The position numbers and the translations under genes were made by a program. The notes below the pieces were generated by a model, which had not been told where the DNA came from, made no database searches, and saw only the letters and a program-made list of their open reading frames with translations. From contig JBHGNT010000015.1 in NCBI GenBank assembly GCA_043228905.1, positions 2,170,001 through 2,234,000 of the forward strand: 64,000 bases of DNA, written 5' to 3'. Source of the stretch: Azolla caroliniana. Taxonomy: Eukaryota; Plantae; Polypodiophyta. Positions 1 to 12,400 of the stretch are shown one piece after another; the first letter of the stretch is position 1, and each line of letters starts with the position of its first letter.

Positions 1-414
1 GTGCGCCGTCCGCACTTCCACCGGCCTGTCTGGTTCTACCTCCATCGACAGCCTCTTCCTCTTCACCAAGTCCACGATGGAGTCGTGGAACTCCTTCTTG
101 GCTATCCCGAGCACCTCTTGCAACGACAGTTCCACCTTGCTGTCAAGGATTCGTTCTTTCAGGACCTTTCGTAGGTCCGTGGTCCTTTCGATCTCCGTGC
201 CCAACCAGTATCCGGCCTTCTTGTGGTTATCCCAGGCACTGGACTCACCGGCCTCGTTCCGTTTCGGCCCGAATCGGGTTTTGTATCTCTGTGAGGGTCC
301 GGTCCCTCCGTTTTTACCTACCCGTTTGTCTTCAACCAGAGTCTCGTAGTTCTGGCAAGCTGCTTCGACGAAACCCGTCTTTTCTTCGACCGGGTCACTC
401 CACCCGGTTACCTC
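1..414 (-). pseudogene. Gypsy family A copy A1, gag C-terminal/pre-protease segment (runs off the left edge)
   Basis: The minus strand reads EVTGWSDPVEEKTGFVEAACQNY...GYWLGTEIERTTDLRKVL..RILDSKVELSL.EVLGIAKKEFHDSIVDLVKRKR, homologous to plus-strand 7990-8400. Confidence 0.85.
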
Positions 415-1137
415 CATACGCAGAAAACAGGAAACAAATGCACGACACGAAGTGAGAGAAGATACACACAATACACAGGAGCTTTACGTGGAAAACCCCA
501 AACTAGGGCAAAAACCACAGCAGCCCACATGCTGCAAACTGTCACTATGTATGAAAATGTACAAAACATTGAGTTCACAAAGGCAACGACCTCGTGCTCA
601 CGATCTTCGCCACAAGCGGAGATTACAACAGAGGCAGCGACCTCTTTCTCTCTCTCCCTCTCTCTGTACATTGTTACGTGCTCTCTCTATTCTTGCACCA
701 ACAAGAATGATAACTACACTAAAAGTTTGCCCTAAGTCATATTTATACTAATATGACTTTTCAGCTATTTACAAATATAGCCTCGATGAACTCTCAGAAA
801 ACATATTTAAGAATATGTCTCTTCATCCGCTTCATACCAGGTCTGCACCATCCGGCTCTCCGTAGCTGGGTACTCCTCATCCGGTCTTCACTGGGTCTGT
901 ATCATCCGGCTCTCCGTAGCCGGGTGCTCCTCATCCGGTTCTCACCGGGCCTGCACCATCCAGCTCTCCGTAGCCGGGTACTCCTTATCCGGTCTTCACC
1001 GGGTCTGTATCATCCGGCTCTCCGTAGCCGGGTGCTCCTCATCCGGCTCTCACCGGCCTGTATCATCCGGCTCTCCGTAGCCGGGTACTCCTCATACCGT
1101 TTCTCCCTTCACATCCGGAGGGACCTGTCTCCCAACA
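415..1137 (-). repeat. 3' LTR of C1 (outer ~57 bp missing)
   Basis: Near-identical to 5280-6019; ends ...cccaaca next to the PPT. Confidence 0.9.
826..1095. repeat. ~51-bp tandem repeat, about 5 units, in U3 of the C1 3' LTR (also ~5686-5957 in the 5' LTR)
   Basis: Unit ccgggtctgtatcatccggctctccgtagccgggtgctcctcatccggttctca; visible as a 17-aa periodicity in spurious ORFs 753..1304 and 5616..6080. Confidence 0.9.
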
Positions 1138-1150
1138 AACTCCCCCTTCA
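1138..1150 (-). promoter_or_regulatory. Polypurine tract of C1
   Basis: Reverse complement is TGAAGGGGGAGTT directly before the LTR start TGTTGGG. Confidence 0.85.
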
Positions 1151-4100
1151 CTCCGGCATGGGGTGTCTTACCAGTCCGATCCTCTTCCGGCATGCGTCCA
1201 GCTTGTCGGGTGTCAGCACTTTGGTTAGCATATCTGACCCGTTCTCGGCCGTGTGGATCTTCGTCAGTGTGAACTCCTGGTCGTCTACTCTTTCCCGGAT
1301 CTAGTGATACCTCCGCTGTATATGCTTCGTCCGGGAATGGTAGGCCGCATTCTTAGCAAGGTGGATGGCACTTTGACTGTCGCAATAGAGTCAGTATTCC
1401 TCTTGCCGTATACCGAGCTCACCGATGAAGTCCTTCATCCATAAGATTTCCTTGCCGGCTTCCATAGCTGCCATGTACTCCGCCTCCATAGTTGACAATG
1501 CAACCGTCTTCTGCAGCCTCGACTGCCACAAAACAGCTCCCCCTGCATATGTCATCACATACCCGGAAGTAGACCGGCTGGTATCCACATCAGCCGACAT
1601 GTCCGAATCGGTGAAACCGTCCAGTTGAGGTTTTCCGGAGCTGAATCAGAGACACATATTTGAAGTGCCTTTCAAATACCGGAGTATCCACTTGACCGCG
1701 TTCCAGTGCTCCTTGCCGGGATTGCTTATGAACCAGCTCACCATTCCGACTGCGTATCCTACATCCGGTCGGGTACACACCATTGCGTACATCAAGCTCC
1801 CGACGGCAGAGGCATATGGGATCTTCATCATATCCGCCTTCTCTGCTTTCGTCTTCAGGCTTTGCTTGCCGGATAGCCTGCATTTTGCCGGAATCGTCGA
1901 TCCGACCGGTTTCGCATCTGACATGTTGAACCGGTGAAGCACCTTTGTCACGTACTTCTCCTGTGACAGCCATAATTGCTTCGCTGACCGCTCCCGAATG
2001 ATGTGCATCCCCAGCATTTGTCTTGCCGGACCCAAGTCTTTCATTGAGAAGGTCCGGTTGAGAGCCTTCTTCAGCATCCGTATTTTGACTTGGTCCCGTC
2101 TGACGATCAACATGTCATCCATGTACAGAAGGAGTATTAGGAAGTCGCCTCCTTCGAACTTCTTCACAAACACACAGTGATCGGCCTGTGTCTTGTGGTA
2201 CCCTTGATCGGTCATGAAGGAGTCGAACTTCCGGTACCATTGGCGGGGGGCCTACTTCAACCTGTAGAGGCTCTTCTTCAGCCGGCAAACCAAGTGCTCT
2301 TCCCTTTCTCCACAAATCCTTCCGGTTGCTGCATGTAGATCTCCTCTTCGAGGTCGCCGTGAAGGAATGTTGTCTTCACGTCTAGCTGCTCTACCTCAAG
2401 GTCCATGATTGCCGCTATACTCAGCACCGTCCGGATGGAGGTCATCTTTACTACCGGGGCAAATATCTCGTCGAAGTCCACACCCTTCTTCTGCTGGAAC
2501 CCTTCACCACGATCTTGGCTTTGTATCTCGGGGGTTTGCCGGCATCTCCCGGTTTCAACTTGTACACCCACTTGTTTCGGAGTGCCCGCTTTCCTTTCGG
2601 CAGCTCCACCAATTCATACGTATGGTTCTCATGCAGGGAATCCATCTCGTCCTGCATGGCACTTAACCACTTTTGGCTGTGGGTGTCATCCTTCGCTTCT
2701 TTGAAGCTTTCTGGCTCCCCCTCATCGGTCAGCAGAACATGCTCTGCATCCGGAAATCTCCGGGGGGCCCTTCTCTCTCTAAGAGGATATCTCCGTCTTT
2801 GGGCTTCGGTAGCCGGTCCTCTATCTGCTCTCCGTCCGAATCCGATTCGGGGTCTTGGCCGATTCCGGTCTCAGCTTCCTCTACCTCTTCTTCTGCCGGT
2901 TCAGTATACTCACCGTAACCGGCTGGTTCCTCGAGTGCTAACCGGTCTCTTGCCGGTTGGGTCTACTCTTTGTAGAGTCTATCCTTACCGGTCGACTCGG
3001 AGTTCATTATCTTCTTCTCCGACTCCCAGTCGACGAGCGTCTTGTTCTCCATGAAGATAATATCTCGACTCCGGAATACTTTCTTGTCGACCGGGTCCCA
3101 CACTCGGTAGCCGAACTCATCGTCACCGTAACCGAGGAATATGCATGGCCGGGTCTTTGGATCTAACTTTCCTCTCCGGTCCTTAGCTACGTGCACGTAC
3201 GTGAGACACCCGAACACCTTCAGATGCCGGTAAGATACTTCCTTACCGGTCCACACTCTCTGCGGCGTGTCTCCGTCCAAGGGTACTGAGGGTGATCTAT
3301 TTATCACGTATGTCGCCGTCGACTGTGCCTCAGTCCAAAACTTCTTGGGTAGTTTTGCATGCGCTAGCATACTCCGGACCCTCTCCATTATGGTCCGGTT
3401 CATCCTCTCGGCCAGTCCGTTTAGTTCCGGCGTCTTCGGCACGGTAAATTTGAGCCGGATTCCCTTCGAGCGGCAGTACTCCTCGAACTGCCCCCAGTAC
3501 TCTCCTCCGTTATCTGCTCGAACCGCCTTCAGCTTCCGGCCGGTTTCTCTTTCCACTCTCGCGTGGAGCTCTTTGAAGACGGATAACACCTGATCCTTCG
3601 TCTTCAACGGTGTGGCCCACAGCTTCCGGCTGTGGTCATCTATGAACGTCACAAAGTACTGCACTCCGGCATGTGACTTCGTGTCTACTTGACAAACATC
3701 CGTATGCACCAACTCCAGTGGTGCATTACGTCTCATTGGTGGCCTTGGTCGGAAGGAGGTCCGGTTCTGCTTACCGGCCAGACAATCAGTGCACTTCTCC
3801 AAGTGCACGTTCTTCACTGGAATGAGGTTGTCCTCTGCAAGCCTCTTCATCCCCTTCTCACTCATGTGACACAACCTCTTGTGCCACAGCTCACCGGCAG
3901 TGTCGGATGCCACATTCACTTCTCCCGGGCATAACCGGGCATTCATCAGGTACAACGTGTTGACCTTCCGGGCCCGAGCCACAATCAGGCTCCCTTTGTT
4001 GAACTTCATGACACCGTTCCGGATGCTACCCGTGTAGCCTTCATCATCTAGCCGACCGGCTGATATCAGGTTCAGTCGAACCTCCGGAACGTGTCGAACA

Positions 4101-5191
4101 TCCTTCAGCAGCAATTTGCATCCGGTTCGTGTTGTCAGCCACACGTCTCCTATGCCGACAATTCGGCATGTACCTTCATTCCCCATCCGGACACAGCCGT
4201 GATCACCGGCTGAGTAGGATGACAAGCATTTCCGGTCCGGGGTAAGGTGGAACGACGCTCCGGAGTCTACCACCCAGGTCATCTCGTCACCGGCAAGGTT
4301 TATCTCACTGTCCTCGGTGATGAGCATCAACTCTTCTTCACTTGCCGCGATTGTCGTCGTTCCCTTCCGGTCCGTCCCCTTCCGGTCTTTACCATTCCGG
4401 TCCAGGGTCTGCTTCGAATCGGTACCATCGGTTTCCTTGACTTTACGGAAATGCCGACAGTTCTTTTGGAAGTGCCCCGGCTTGCCGCAATAGAAGCAAG
4501 TGGGCCTCCCCCTTGACTTTGACCGTGTCCCCGACTTCTCCCGGTTCTGGGGACTACGGTTTCTATGTCTTCCGCGTTCTGATTCGGTAAGGAGCGCTTT
4601 GGAGTCGGAGCTCGTATCTTTATCTTTCCGACGCGCCTCCTCATCTAGCAAGCTCGACTTTACTCTTGCTAGGGATAACCGCTTTCCTTCCGGCCCGGCG
4701 TTGCCCAAAGTGACAACCAACGTCTCCCAGCTATCCGGAAGGGAACCGAGCAGGAGTAGCGCAAGTACCTCATCGGCGAGAGGTACTTCCAATGAAGTTG
4801 CCTGGTGAATCAGCCCCTGGAAGGCATTCATGTGCTCCGCCATGCTGGAGCTATCTTGGTACCGGAGTCTTACTAGCTTCCGGAATACCGAAACCTGGTT
4901 AACAACATTTTTGTTTTGAAACATTATGCTGATCTTCTCCCAGACCTCATGAGCCTTGCTCTCTTCATTGAAGTTGTTGTACAGGCTCATGTCGATGAAG
5001 CACCGTATGTATGCCGTTGTCTTCATGTGCATCACCTCCCATATCGCGGTGTCGATTTTGTCCGGTCTCTTGTCCCCGAACTGAACCGGCAGCCAGAGGT
5101 CTTTGACCACGAGCATGTCCCTCATCTTCGACTTCCACACTGAGTAGTTGGAGCCGGTGAACTTGAACATGCCGCCAAACGATTCGTCCAT
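1148..5191 (-). pseudogene. Copia gag-pol polyprotein of C1, disrupted in RT/RNase H
   Basis: Probable ATG at 5191 (MDESFGG). CFYCGKPGHFQKNC knuckle, protease WVVDSGAS, LWHKRLCH..CTDC, integrase DVC/RADNGGEY/NGLAERMNRT, RT LDVKTTFLHG and LLLYMDDML, RNase H SRSTSGY/VALSTMEAEY. Split over several ORFs by stops and frameshifts. Confidence 0.92.
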
Positions 5192-5208
5192 TTTTCTGTG
5201 TCGATTTC

Positions 5209-5220
5209 GCTCTAATACCA
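5209..5220 (-). promoter_or_regulatory. Primer-binding site (tRNA-iMet type) of C1
   Basis: TGGTATTAGAGC, one mismatch from the canonical TGGTATCAGAGC, 2 nt from the LTR end. Confidence 0.85.
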
Positions 5221-5222
5221 CT

Positions 5223-6019
5223 TGACGGGAACTCAAGCGCTCCTTATGTCCAACGCCCGGCCACAACCGAGCTTCTTTTCATACGCAGAAAACAGGAAAC
5301 AAATGCACGACACGAAGTGAGAGAAGATACACACAATACACAGGAGGTTTACGTGGAAAACCCCAAACTAGGGGAAAAACCACGGCAGCCCATACGCTGC
5401 AAACTGTCACTATGTAGTAATGTACAAAACAGTGAGTTCACAGAGGCAACGACCTTGTGCTCACGATCTTTGCCACAGGCGGCGGTTACAACAGAGGCAG
5501 CGACCTCTTTCTCTCTCTCCCTCTCTCTGTACACTGTTACGTGCTCTCTCTATTCTTGCACCAACAAGAATGACAACTACACTAAAAGTTTGCCCTAAGT
5601 CATATTTATACTAATATGACTTTTCAGCTATTTACAAATATAGCCTCGATGAACTCTCAGAAAACATTTTTACGAATATGTCTCTTCATCCGGTTCATAC
5701 CGGGTCTGCACCATCCGGCTCTCCGTAGCTGGGTACTCCTCATCCGGTCTTCACCGGGTCTGTATCATCCGGCTCTCCATAGCGAGGTGCTCCTCATCCG
5801 GTTCTCACCGGGCCTGCACCATCTGGCTCTCCGTAGCCGGTTACTCCTCATCCGGTCTTCACCGGGTCTGTATCATCCGGCTCTCCGTAGCCGGGTGCTC
5901 CTCATCCGGTTCTCACCGGCCTGTATCATCCGGCTCTCCGTAGTCGGGTACTCCTCATACCGTTTGTTCGTCGGCACTGTTCTTCTCCCTTCACATACGG
6001 AGGGACCTGTCTCCCAACA
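5223..6019 (-). repeat. 5' LTR of C1
   Basis: TG...CA termini, adjacent to the PBS, matches 415-1137. Confidence 0.92.
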
Positions 6020-7027
6020 CATTCCTCCTCTCCCGTCGTTTCGGTTCAGGGCCCTCCGGGTATCGCTGGCGTGCACCTGACCCTCCCACAGGTACACTAC
6101 CCGGCTTCTCAAAGCCTCCATAAAGTCCCCGCAGTCTTTCCGGATGTGGCCGACCTCGTCGCACCACATGCACCTACTTCCTGCCGGAGGTCGTCGGTCA
6201 CGAGCCTGATCGCCGCCTTCCCTCTGAGCCTGGGCGATCTGGAGATCCTTTACCGCTCGTGTGAACTCCTCTAGAGCTGTTCCCTCGGACGAGCCTCTGA
6301 TCACGCCGGTCGAAGACGAACCGATTTCGAGCCACTCCCGGGTCTCTTCCCTTCGTGCCTGCGGTATTGGTTCGAGCTTCCTTGCTGCGACAGGTCCCGC
6401 TCCGGTCGGCTCTGTATCAGCCCACTCCCACCGTTTGTCAAAACGGCTGTAGACTCTCTTTACCGCGGCCCAGTCGGTCGTCAGCCCGTCTTCGGTTTCC
6501 AGTATGGAGCCAACTTGCCCCCGATCCCGTGTGTCAACCGATTTGACAAACAGTAGGACACGACTTGTGTCCAGAACAGTCTGATCGAGCGCCGAAAGGC
6601 GTGCAAAGCGTTCCTCAAACTCCCGGAGGAGTACCGACGCGTTTCTTCCTTTGTTGGGGGACTCCACCCACTCCATGAAGCTCCGCTTCGAAAGTCGAAG
6701 CGCGTCATCCAGCCCGTATTTCTCCAGGAGCCGTCCTTCGAACTCTTCCCAGGTCCGGCTCTCCACCCGGACCTCGAGCACCTCCGCATGGATGCCCGGC
6801 ATCGCCACTCGAGGGAATCCGGCAAGACGCCTCTCTTCCGGAATATCCCTCATCAACATCTCCGCCCGGTAGGACGCCAAATAACTCGTGGCATCCTTTC
6901 CACTGAACCGGCCGATCGTACCGACGATCGCCTCAATAGCCCTGTCAAGGGAGTCAGTGCCCTCGCGCGCGCTCACTGTCCGGTCCACGGCCGAAGCCAT
7001 GGTCTCTGTAAGATCCGACCCCCTCAT
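6020..7027 (-). pseudogene. Gypsy family A gag (A1), N-terminal part, interrupted by C1
   Basis: ORF 5873..7054 with probable start MRGSDL at 7027; IGRFSGKDATSYL capsid-like motif and CMWCDEVGHIRKDC zinc knuckle; the frame runs into the C1 LTR below 6020. Confidence 0.88.
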
Positions 7028-7050
7028 CTTCTGCTCCTCTGCCGCCTGTT

Positions 7051-7067
7051 TCACGTCGGGTTCACCA
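7051..7067 (-). promoter_or_regulatory. PBS complementary to the tRNA-Trp 3' end (A1)
   Basis: TGGTGAACCCGACGTGA, 4 nt from the LTR end; matches the plant tRNA-Trp 3' end ...TCACGTCGGGTTCACCA as I recall it. Confidence 0.8.
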
Positions 7068-7071
7068 AATA

Positions 7072-7718
7072 TGTCGCGTTACTACGCGCGTGCGTGAGGA
7101 AACAAGGCGGGACCACCGGGGTCTTGAACCGAAGAGCAGGTGATAGAAAGGGAAAAGAGAAGGAGAGAGACGCCTGGTCACGTATGAACCAAGAAACACA
7201 GGGGCGTGGCCTGCCAACACAGAAACGCGAATGGACACAGAGACAGGGAGACACAAGTGTTTGTATATTAACGAATAACAAGTACACAGTAGAACACGCG
7301 AGCGGCTACAACCGAACAGGCCGGCAAACAGATGCCGATGCCTGTTCGTCTGCGCACGAAATGGGGATAGGATGGAGGTGCTCCCAGAAGCACATGGGCG
7401 TTCCTCGAAGCAGCGCGAGCCTCCCGAAACCTGCAGAGAAGAGCAACAGAGAGCAGACAGAGGAGAAGCGTTCGATTCTGGTCCGACAACACTTCGTCCT
7501 CCTCAATGTGCGATCCCCTCTCCCTGCGTCTCCCTCTCCTTTATAGCGTCAAGAAGGGGCCGTCTCCCCCATTTACTTCCTACCTACCGAATCTAACTAC
7601 CCAGGATCTCTCTCTGTACCTAATTCTCTATTATACACATTAAGAGCGCGCACACGTGACGGGCCGGTTCATGTGCGCTATTCACCGACTGCGCCAGGGG
7701 ACGGTTTTCTTCATGACA
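7072..7718 (-). repeat. 5' LTR of A1
   Basis: In element orientation TGTCATGAAG...AACGCGACA; homologous to the solo LTR at 14572-15219. Confidence 0.88.
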
Positions 7719-8750
7719 TCGTGGTATACCTATGGAACGGTCGGGTGCATGCTAGCGAGACCCGAAGGGGACCTGAATGTCGGACGAGGGCGTATGAATC
7801 GGTTGATGGAAGAAGCGGCGGCTCGCCACGTGGAGACCATCCACTACTCGGTGTCGACTGGGATCCGGGTCGGAGGTGGTGAGGCCCGGAAGACGAACGA
7901 AGCCGAATTCTGGCCGCTGATGCTGGAAGGCCTCGCCGGCGCACGACTAAAGAAAGAAGAAGCGGATCGCGCGGACAAACGGGTCCGGGAGGTAACCGGG
8001 TGGAGCGACCCGATCGAAGAGAAGACCGGCTTCGTTGAAGCTGCATGCCAAAACTACAAGGCTCTAGCGGAAGACAAGCGAGTAGGTTAAACCGGAGGGG
8101 CCGGGCCCTTGCAACGGTACGAGACCCGATTCGGTCAAAGGCAGAATGAGGCCGGTGTGACCGGCGCACCGGATAAAGCCAAGAAGGTCGGGTACTGGTT
8201 GAGCACGGAAATTGAAAGGACCACGGACCTGCGAAAGGTCCTGGAGGAACGTATCCTCGATAGCAAAGTGGAATTGTCGCTGAGGGAAGTGCTCGGGATT
8301 GCCAAGAAGGAGTTCCACGACTCCATCGTAGACTTGGTGAAGAGGAAGAGGTTGTCGACAGAGTCAGAGCCGGAGAAGCCGGTGGAAGTGGGAACGATGC
8401 ACATAGAGGACATGGCGCTAGAAGACGAGTTGGCGGAGAGCCACTATTCGAGGCCGCACTTGGCCAGAGCGACCACGGAGACCCTTGTTAAGGTCGGGGA
8501 TGTCTTGGAGCCGGTGGTGGCGTTGGTGGACCACGGTTCAGAAATCAACTTGATGTCCATGGACTTCTACAAAAAGGGGAAATGGCCAATCAGCACCAAA
8601 CGCGGTTGGAAAATACGGGCAGTGTCGCGCGCCACGGAAGAACTACATGGGGTCTGCCCGAACGTACGAGTGAAAATCGGTGATGTCGAGATTGACCAAC
8701 ACTTCTTCGTGCAGGAGACGTCCTCACATCCGGTTATACTAGGAGAACCA

Positions 8751-9260
8751 TGTTGAGAAGCAAGCTCAACATGGTATGCGATGCTTATAGGGAAATAAGC
8801 TATAGTAGTTATTTAGCTACTTGTGAACATAAAGGAGAAACAGCTAATTAGCTACTGACAACTATTTAGCGACTAACAGCTATTTAGCTACTGACAACTA
8901 TTTAGCGATTGATAGCTAATTAGCTACAGGCAGCTAATTAGCTGCATACGTAAGTAACTTATTACTTAGGTAGAAAGTAAGAGAGTAAGAAAAAAGAAGA
9001 AGAAGATATACAGGAAGTAGAACTCTGAGAGAGAGATAGTGAGTATAGAGAGAAAGAACTCAGAGAGTGAGAGCAAGAGAGAGAAACAAACGAGAGCAAG
9101 TAGAGCTCTGCGCATAATGAAATAGAAGAAGTTTTGGCTGCTACAGAGGTAAGTCTCCTTCCCCCTTCCCTTCTGTGTTTGAGCACTAAACGATCTAGCA
9201 CACCACGATCCGCCGCGCACATAAGAAGAGCTCGAGTGCCTTCTTCACGTTTTATTAACA
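8751..9260 (+). repeat. 5' LTR of C2 (510 bp) containing an 18-bp tandem array
   Basis: TGTTGAG...TTAACA; unit GACAGCTA(A/T)TTAGC(T/G)ACT. Confidence 0.93.
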
Positions 9261-9401
9261 TGGTATCAGAGCAGAGTTGCTCATAAAGAAGAGTACAGAA
9301 GTGCATAGATCTGAGAAAGGTATATTTCTCTGTTTGCTAATCTGAATCAGAAAGTTACTTGTTGAAGTAATTGTAACAGAAAACCTAGTTTGGAAGAGAT
9401 A

Positions 9402-12400
9402 ATGGCTGCAGAGAATGCGGGCCAAATAGTTACAGAGAAACTAGATAAAAACAATTTCCCGGCGTGGAAATTTAGAATGACAAATTTCCTAATGGGGAAA
9501 GGATATTGGGATTACATTGAAGGAGACCTAGAAGAGGCTCCGGAGATCCCAGAAGAAAATGCCACAGCAGCACAGATTAAAGCATTCAAAGATTGGAATC
9601 AAGGGGCAAGGAAGGTAATGCATTGGCTCTCACTTAGCATCTCAGATTCGATGCTTGGGCACATACAGGATGCTATGCTCCCAAAAGAAGCTTGGGACAG
9701 TTTGGTAAAACTGTTTGCAGTAAACACAAAAGCTAGAAAGCTACAGTTGAAGACTGAGCTAAATACCTTAGAAAAAGGTAAGATGTCAATAAATGAGTAT
9801 GCTTTGAAAATAAAGAGCATATGTGAATCACTTGCTTCTATCAATGTAAAGATAGAAGATGATGATAAGGTAGAAATATGCTTGAGAGGCTTGGGACCCC
9901 AATACAAAAGCTTTAAAACCTCTATGCTTACAAGGGATAATATCCCAAGTTTCTCAGATCTGGTTTCAATGCTTGTAGTAGAAGAAAGGAATCAGATGGA
10001 TGATGTAAATAAAGGAAATCTTGAGAATGAGGGGCAAGCCCTATATAATAGTGCCGGAAGAGGCCGAGGAAGAGGCCATGGAAGATTTGGCTCAGCAAGA
10101 ACCCACAATAATGGTTATCAAGGAAGAGGACAACAAACCATTAGAGGAAGAAACAACAACAGAGGCAGGGGGAGCAACCAAGGTAGAGGTAAGCAAACAT
10201 ATGTAAATGATGATGGCTGTTGGTATTGTGGAAAACCAGGCCACACACAGGCTGAATGTTACAAGAAGCAAAATGATGAGCAAAGAGGAAAGAGACAGCA
10301 GAATAACTATGCCCAAACTAGTGAAGATTGTGAAAAAGATGGTGCATTTGTGGTACAACATGAGATAGCAGCAGTGGCTGAAAGCTCACAGAAATGTAAT
10401 GAAGAGTTTACATGGTATGTAGACTCGGGGGCATCTAACCATATGACTGGACATGCAAACTGGTTTGAAAGGTTGACAGAACCAGAGATTCTTGGCTATG
10501 TACAGACGGGTGATAATAGTACTCACCAAATAGAACATGTTGGAGATATTCCATTGTGGGAAGAAAAGGATTGGCAAATGAAATGAGATTAGTCTCAGAT
10601 GTGGAAATGTGGCATAAAAGGATTGGCCACATAAGTATGCAATCCCTAAAGAATATGTTGAGAAAAGATGCAGTGGCTGGACTGCCAAAACTGAAAAATT
10701 GTGAAATGGGAAAGATATGTGAAGCATGTCAATATGGAAAGCAAAATAGGTTGCCATTCCCTCATGAAAGACATGTAAGTAAAAATTTGTTGGATTTGGT
10801 ACATACAGATGTATGGGGACCAACTAAGAATGCATCTATTAGTGGCTCCAGATTTTATGTAACTTTTATTGATGATTGCTCAAGGAAAACATGGGTGTAC
10901 TTCATGAAAGAGAAAAGTGAAGTGTTTGAATGTTTTTGTAAGTTTAAATGCATGGTAGAAAAGCAGGCAAGTACAAGAATAAAATGTTTAAGATCTGATG
11001 GAGGAGAGTATTTCTCCAATGAATTTTCTGATTTTCTATGCAATCAGGGAATAAGAAGACAGTTCACATGTAGATATACTCCACAGCAAAATGGAGTTGC
11101 TGAGAGGAAAAACAGAACATTGGTGAACATTGCAAGGGCTTTGATGACAGAGAAGAATATGCCATTGTACTATTGGGCAGAAGCTGTAAATACAACAAAT
11201 TATATTCTAAATAGATGTATAACATCGGGAGTACATGAAGCAACTCCTGAAGAGTGTTACTATGGAAGGAAACCTAGTATAGAACACTTAAAAGTGTTTG
11301 GATGCCTTGCATATGTACATGTGCCTGCAGAAGTAAGAAGTAAGCTGGATCCAAAGGCAGAAAAATGTATTTTTGTTGGCTATTCAGAAGAACAAAAAGG
11401 GTATAGATGCTATAACCCTGTAACAAAGAAGATTGTGACAAGTAGGGATGTAATCTTTGATGAGTTAGCCAGCTGGTATAGTCCAAAACAGAATCCAGAG
11501 ACTGATGAAGACAATGAGATTGAAGACAAAGACAAATCTGAAAATGTAGAAGTCTGCCACAGAGATGGAAGCAAGGTTGGATAGCAAAGTCCAACATCAA
11601 CAGAATGTTCTAGACCATCAAAAAGCTCAGATGGTAAATCTGATTCAAATTCTTGGAGTGGAAAAAGTGGAGGACACAAAAAATGTGATGATAAAATAGG
11701 AAAACAGAAAATGCCAGAGTATGAAATGTTGGATGACTTGTCTAAAAACATGGAAGATGAGGATTCAGATGTGTCATTGGATGATCTTCTTGGTATAAGA
11801 GGATTGAAAATCCCTGGTATGGAAAAAGCATTGAAGGATGCAAATCAGAAACTGAGAAGATCAGATAGAGAGAAAAAAACTGTTGAAAGATTTGGTTATG
11901 ATACATACATGGCTATGCATTATGCATACATGTCTAAGGTGGTACAGATCCCTGATCCAAGTAGTTTTGATGAGGCTAAAACTGAGAAGAAATGGGTGGA
12001 CGCAATGCAAGAAGAGATTGATGCATTGGCTGAAAACAGAACATGGGATTTGGTGAAGTTACCAAAAGAAAAAAATGTGGTAGGTTGCAAATGGGTCTAC
12101 AAGACAAAGCATGATTCCAGTGGGAATGTAAGTAGACATAAAGCAAGATTGGTTGCAAAGGGATATGCCCAAATGCAAGGAATTGATTATGATGAGACAT
12201 TTGCACCGGTTGCAAAGATGGCAACATTGAGGACATTACTAGCTGTAGGTGCAGCCAGAAGATGGTTTCTTCATCATATGGATGTAAAAAATGCCTTTTT
12301 ACATGGTAACTTGGAAGAAGAAGTGTATATGTGTCAACCACCAGGTTTTGAAGATAGGAAGCATCCAGATTATGTATGTAAGCTGAAAAAGGCTCTCTAT

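Larger units (their letters stand above)
415..6019 (-). mobile_element. Ty1/Copia LTR retrotransposon C1 (Tnt1/Tork-like), inserted in the gag of A1
   Basis: Paired LTRs at 415-1137 and 5223-6019, a tRNA-Met PBS, a PPT, and gag-PR-INT-RT-RH order on the minus strand. The lineage call is by protein resemblance only. Confidence 0.93.

Noticed and set aside
753-1304. ORFs with a 17-aa repeat (also 5616..6080), and CRISPR-like periodicity
   Set aside because: They translate the antisense strand of a 51-bp LTR tandem repeat; there are no unique spacers and no cas genes.
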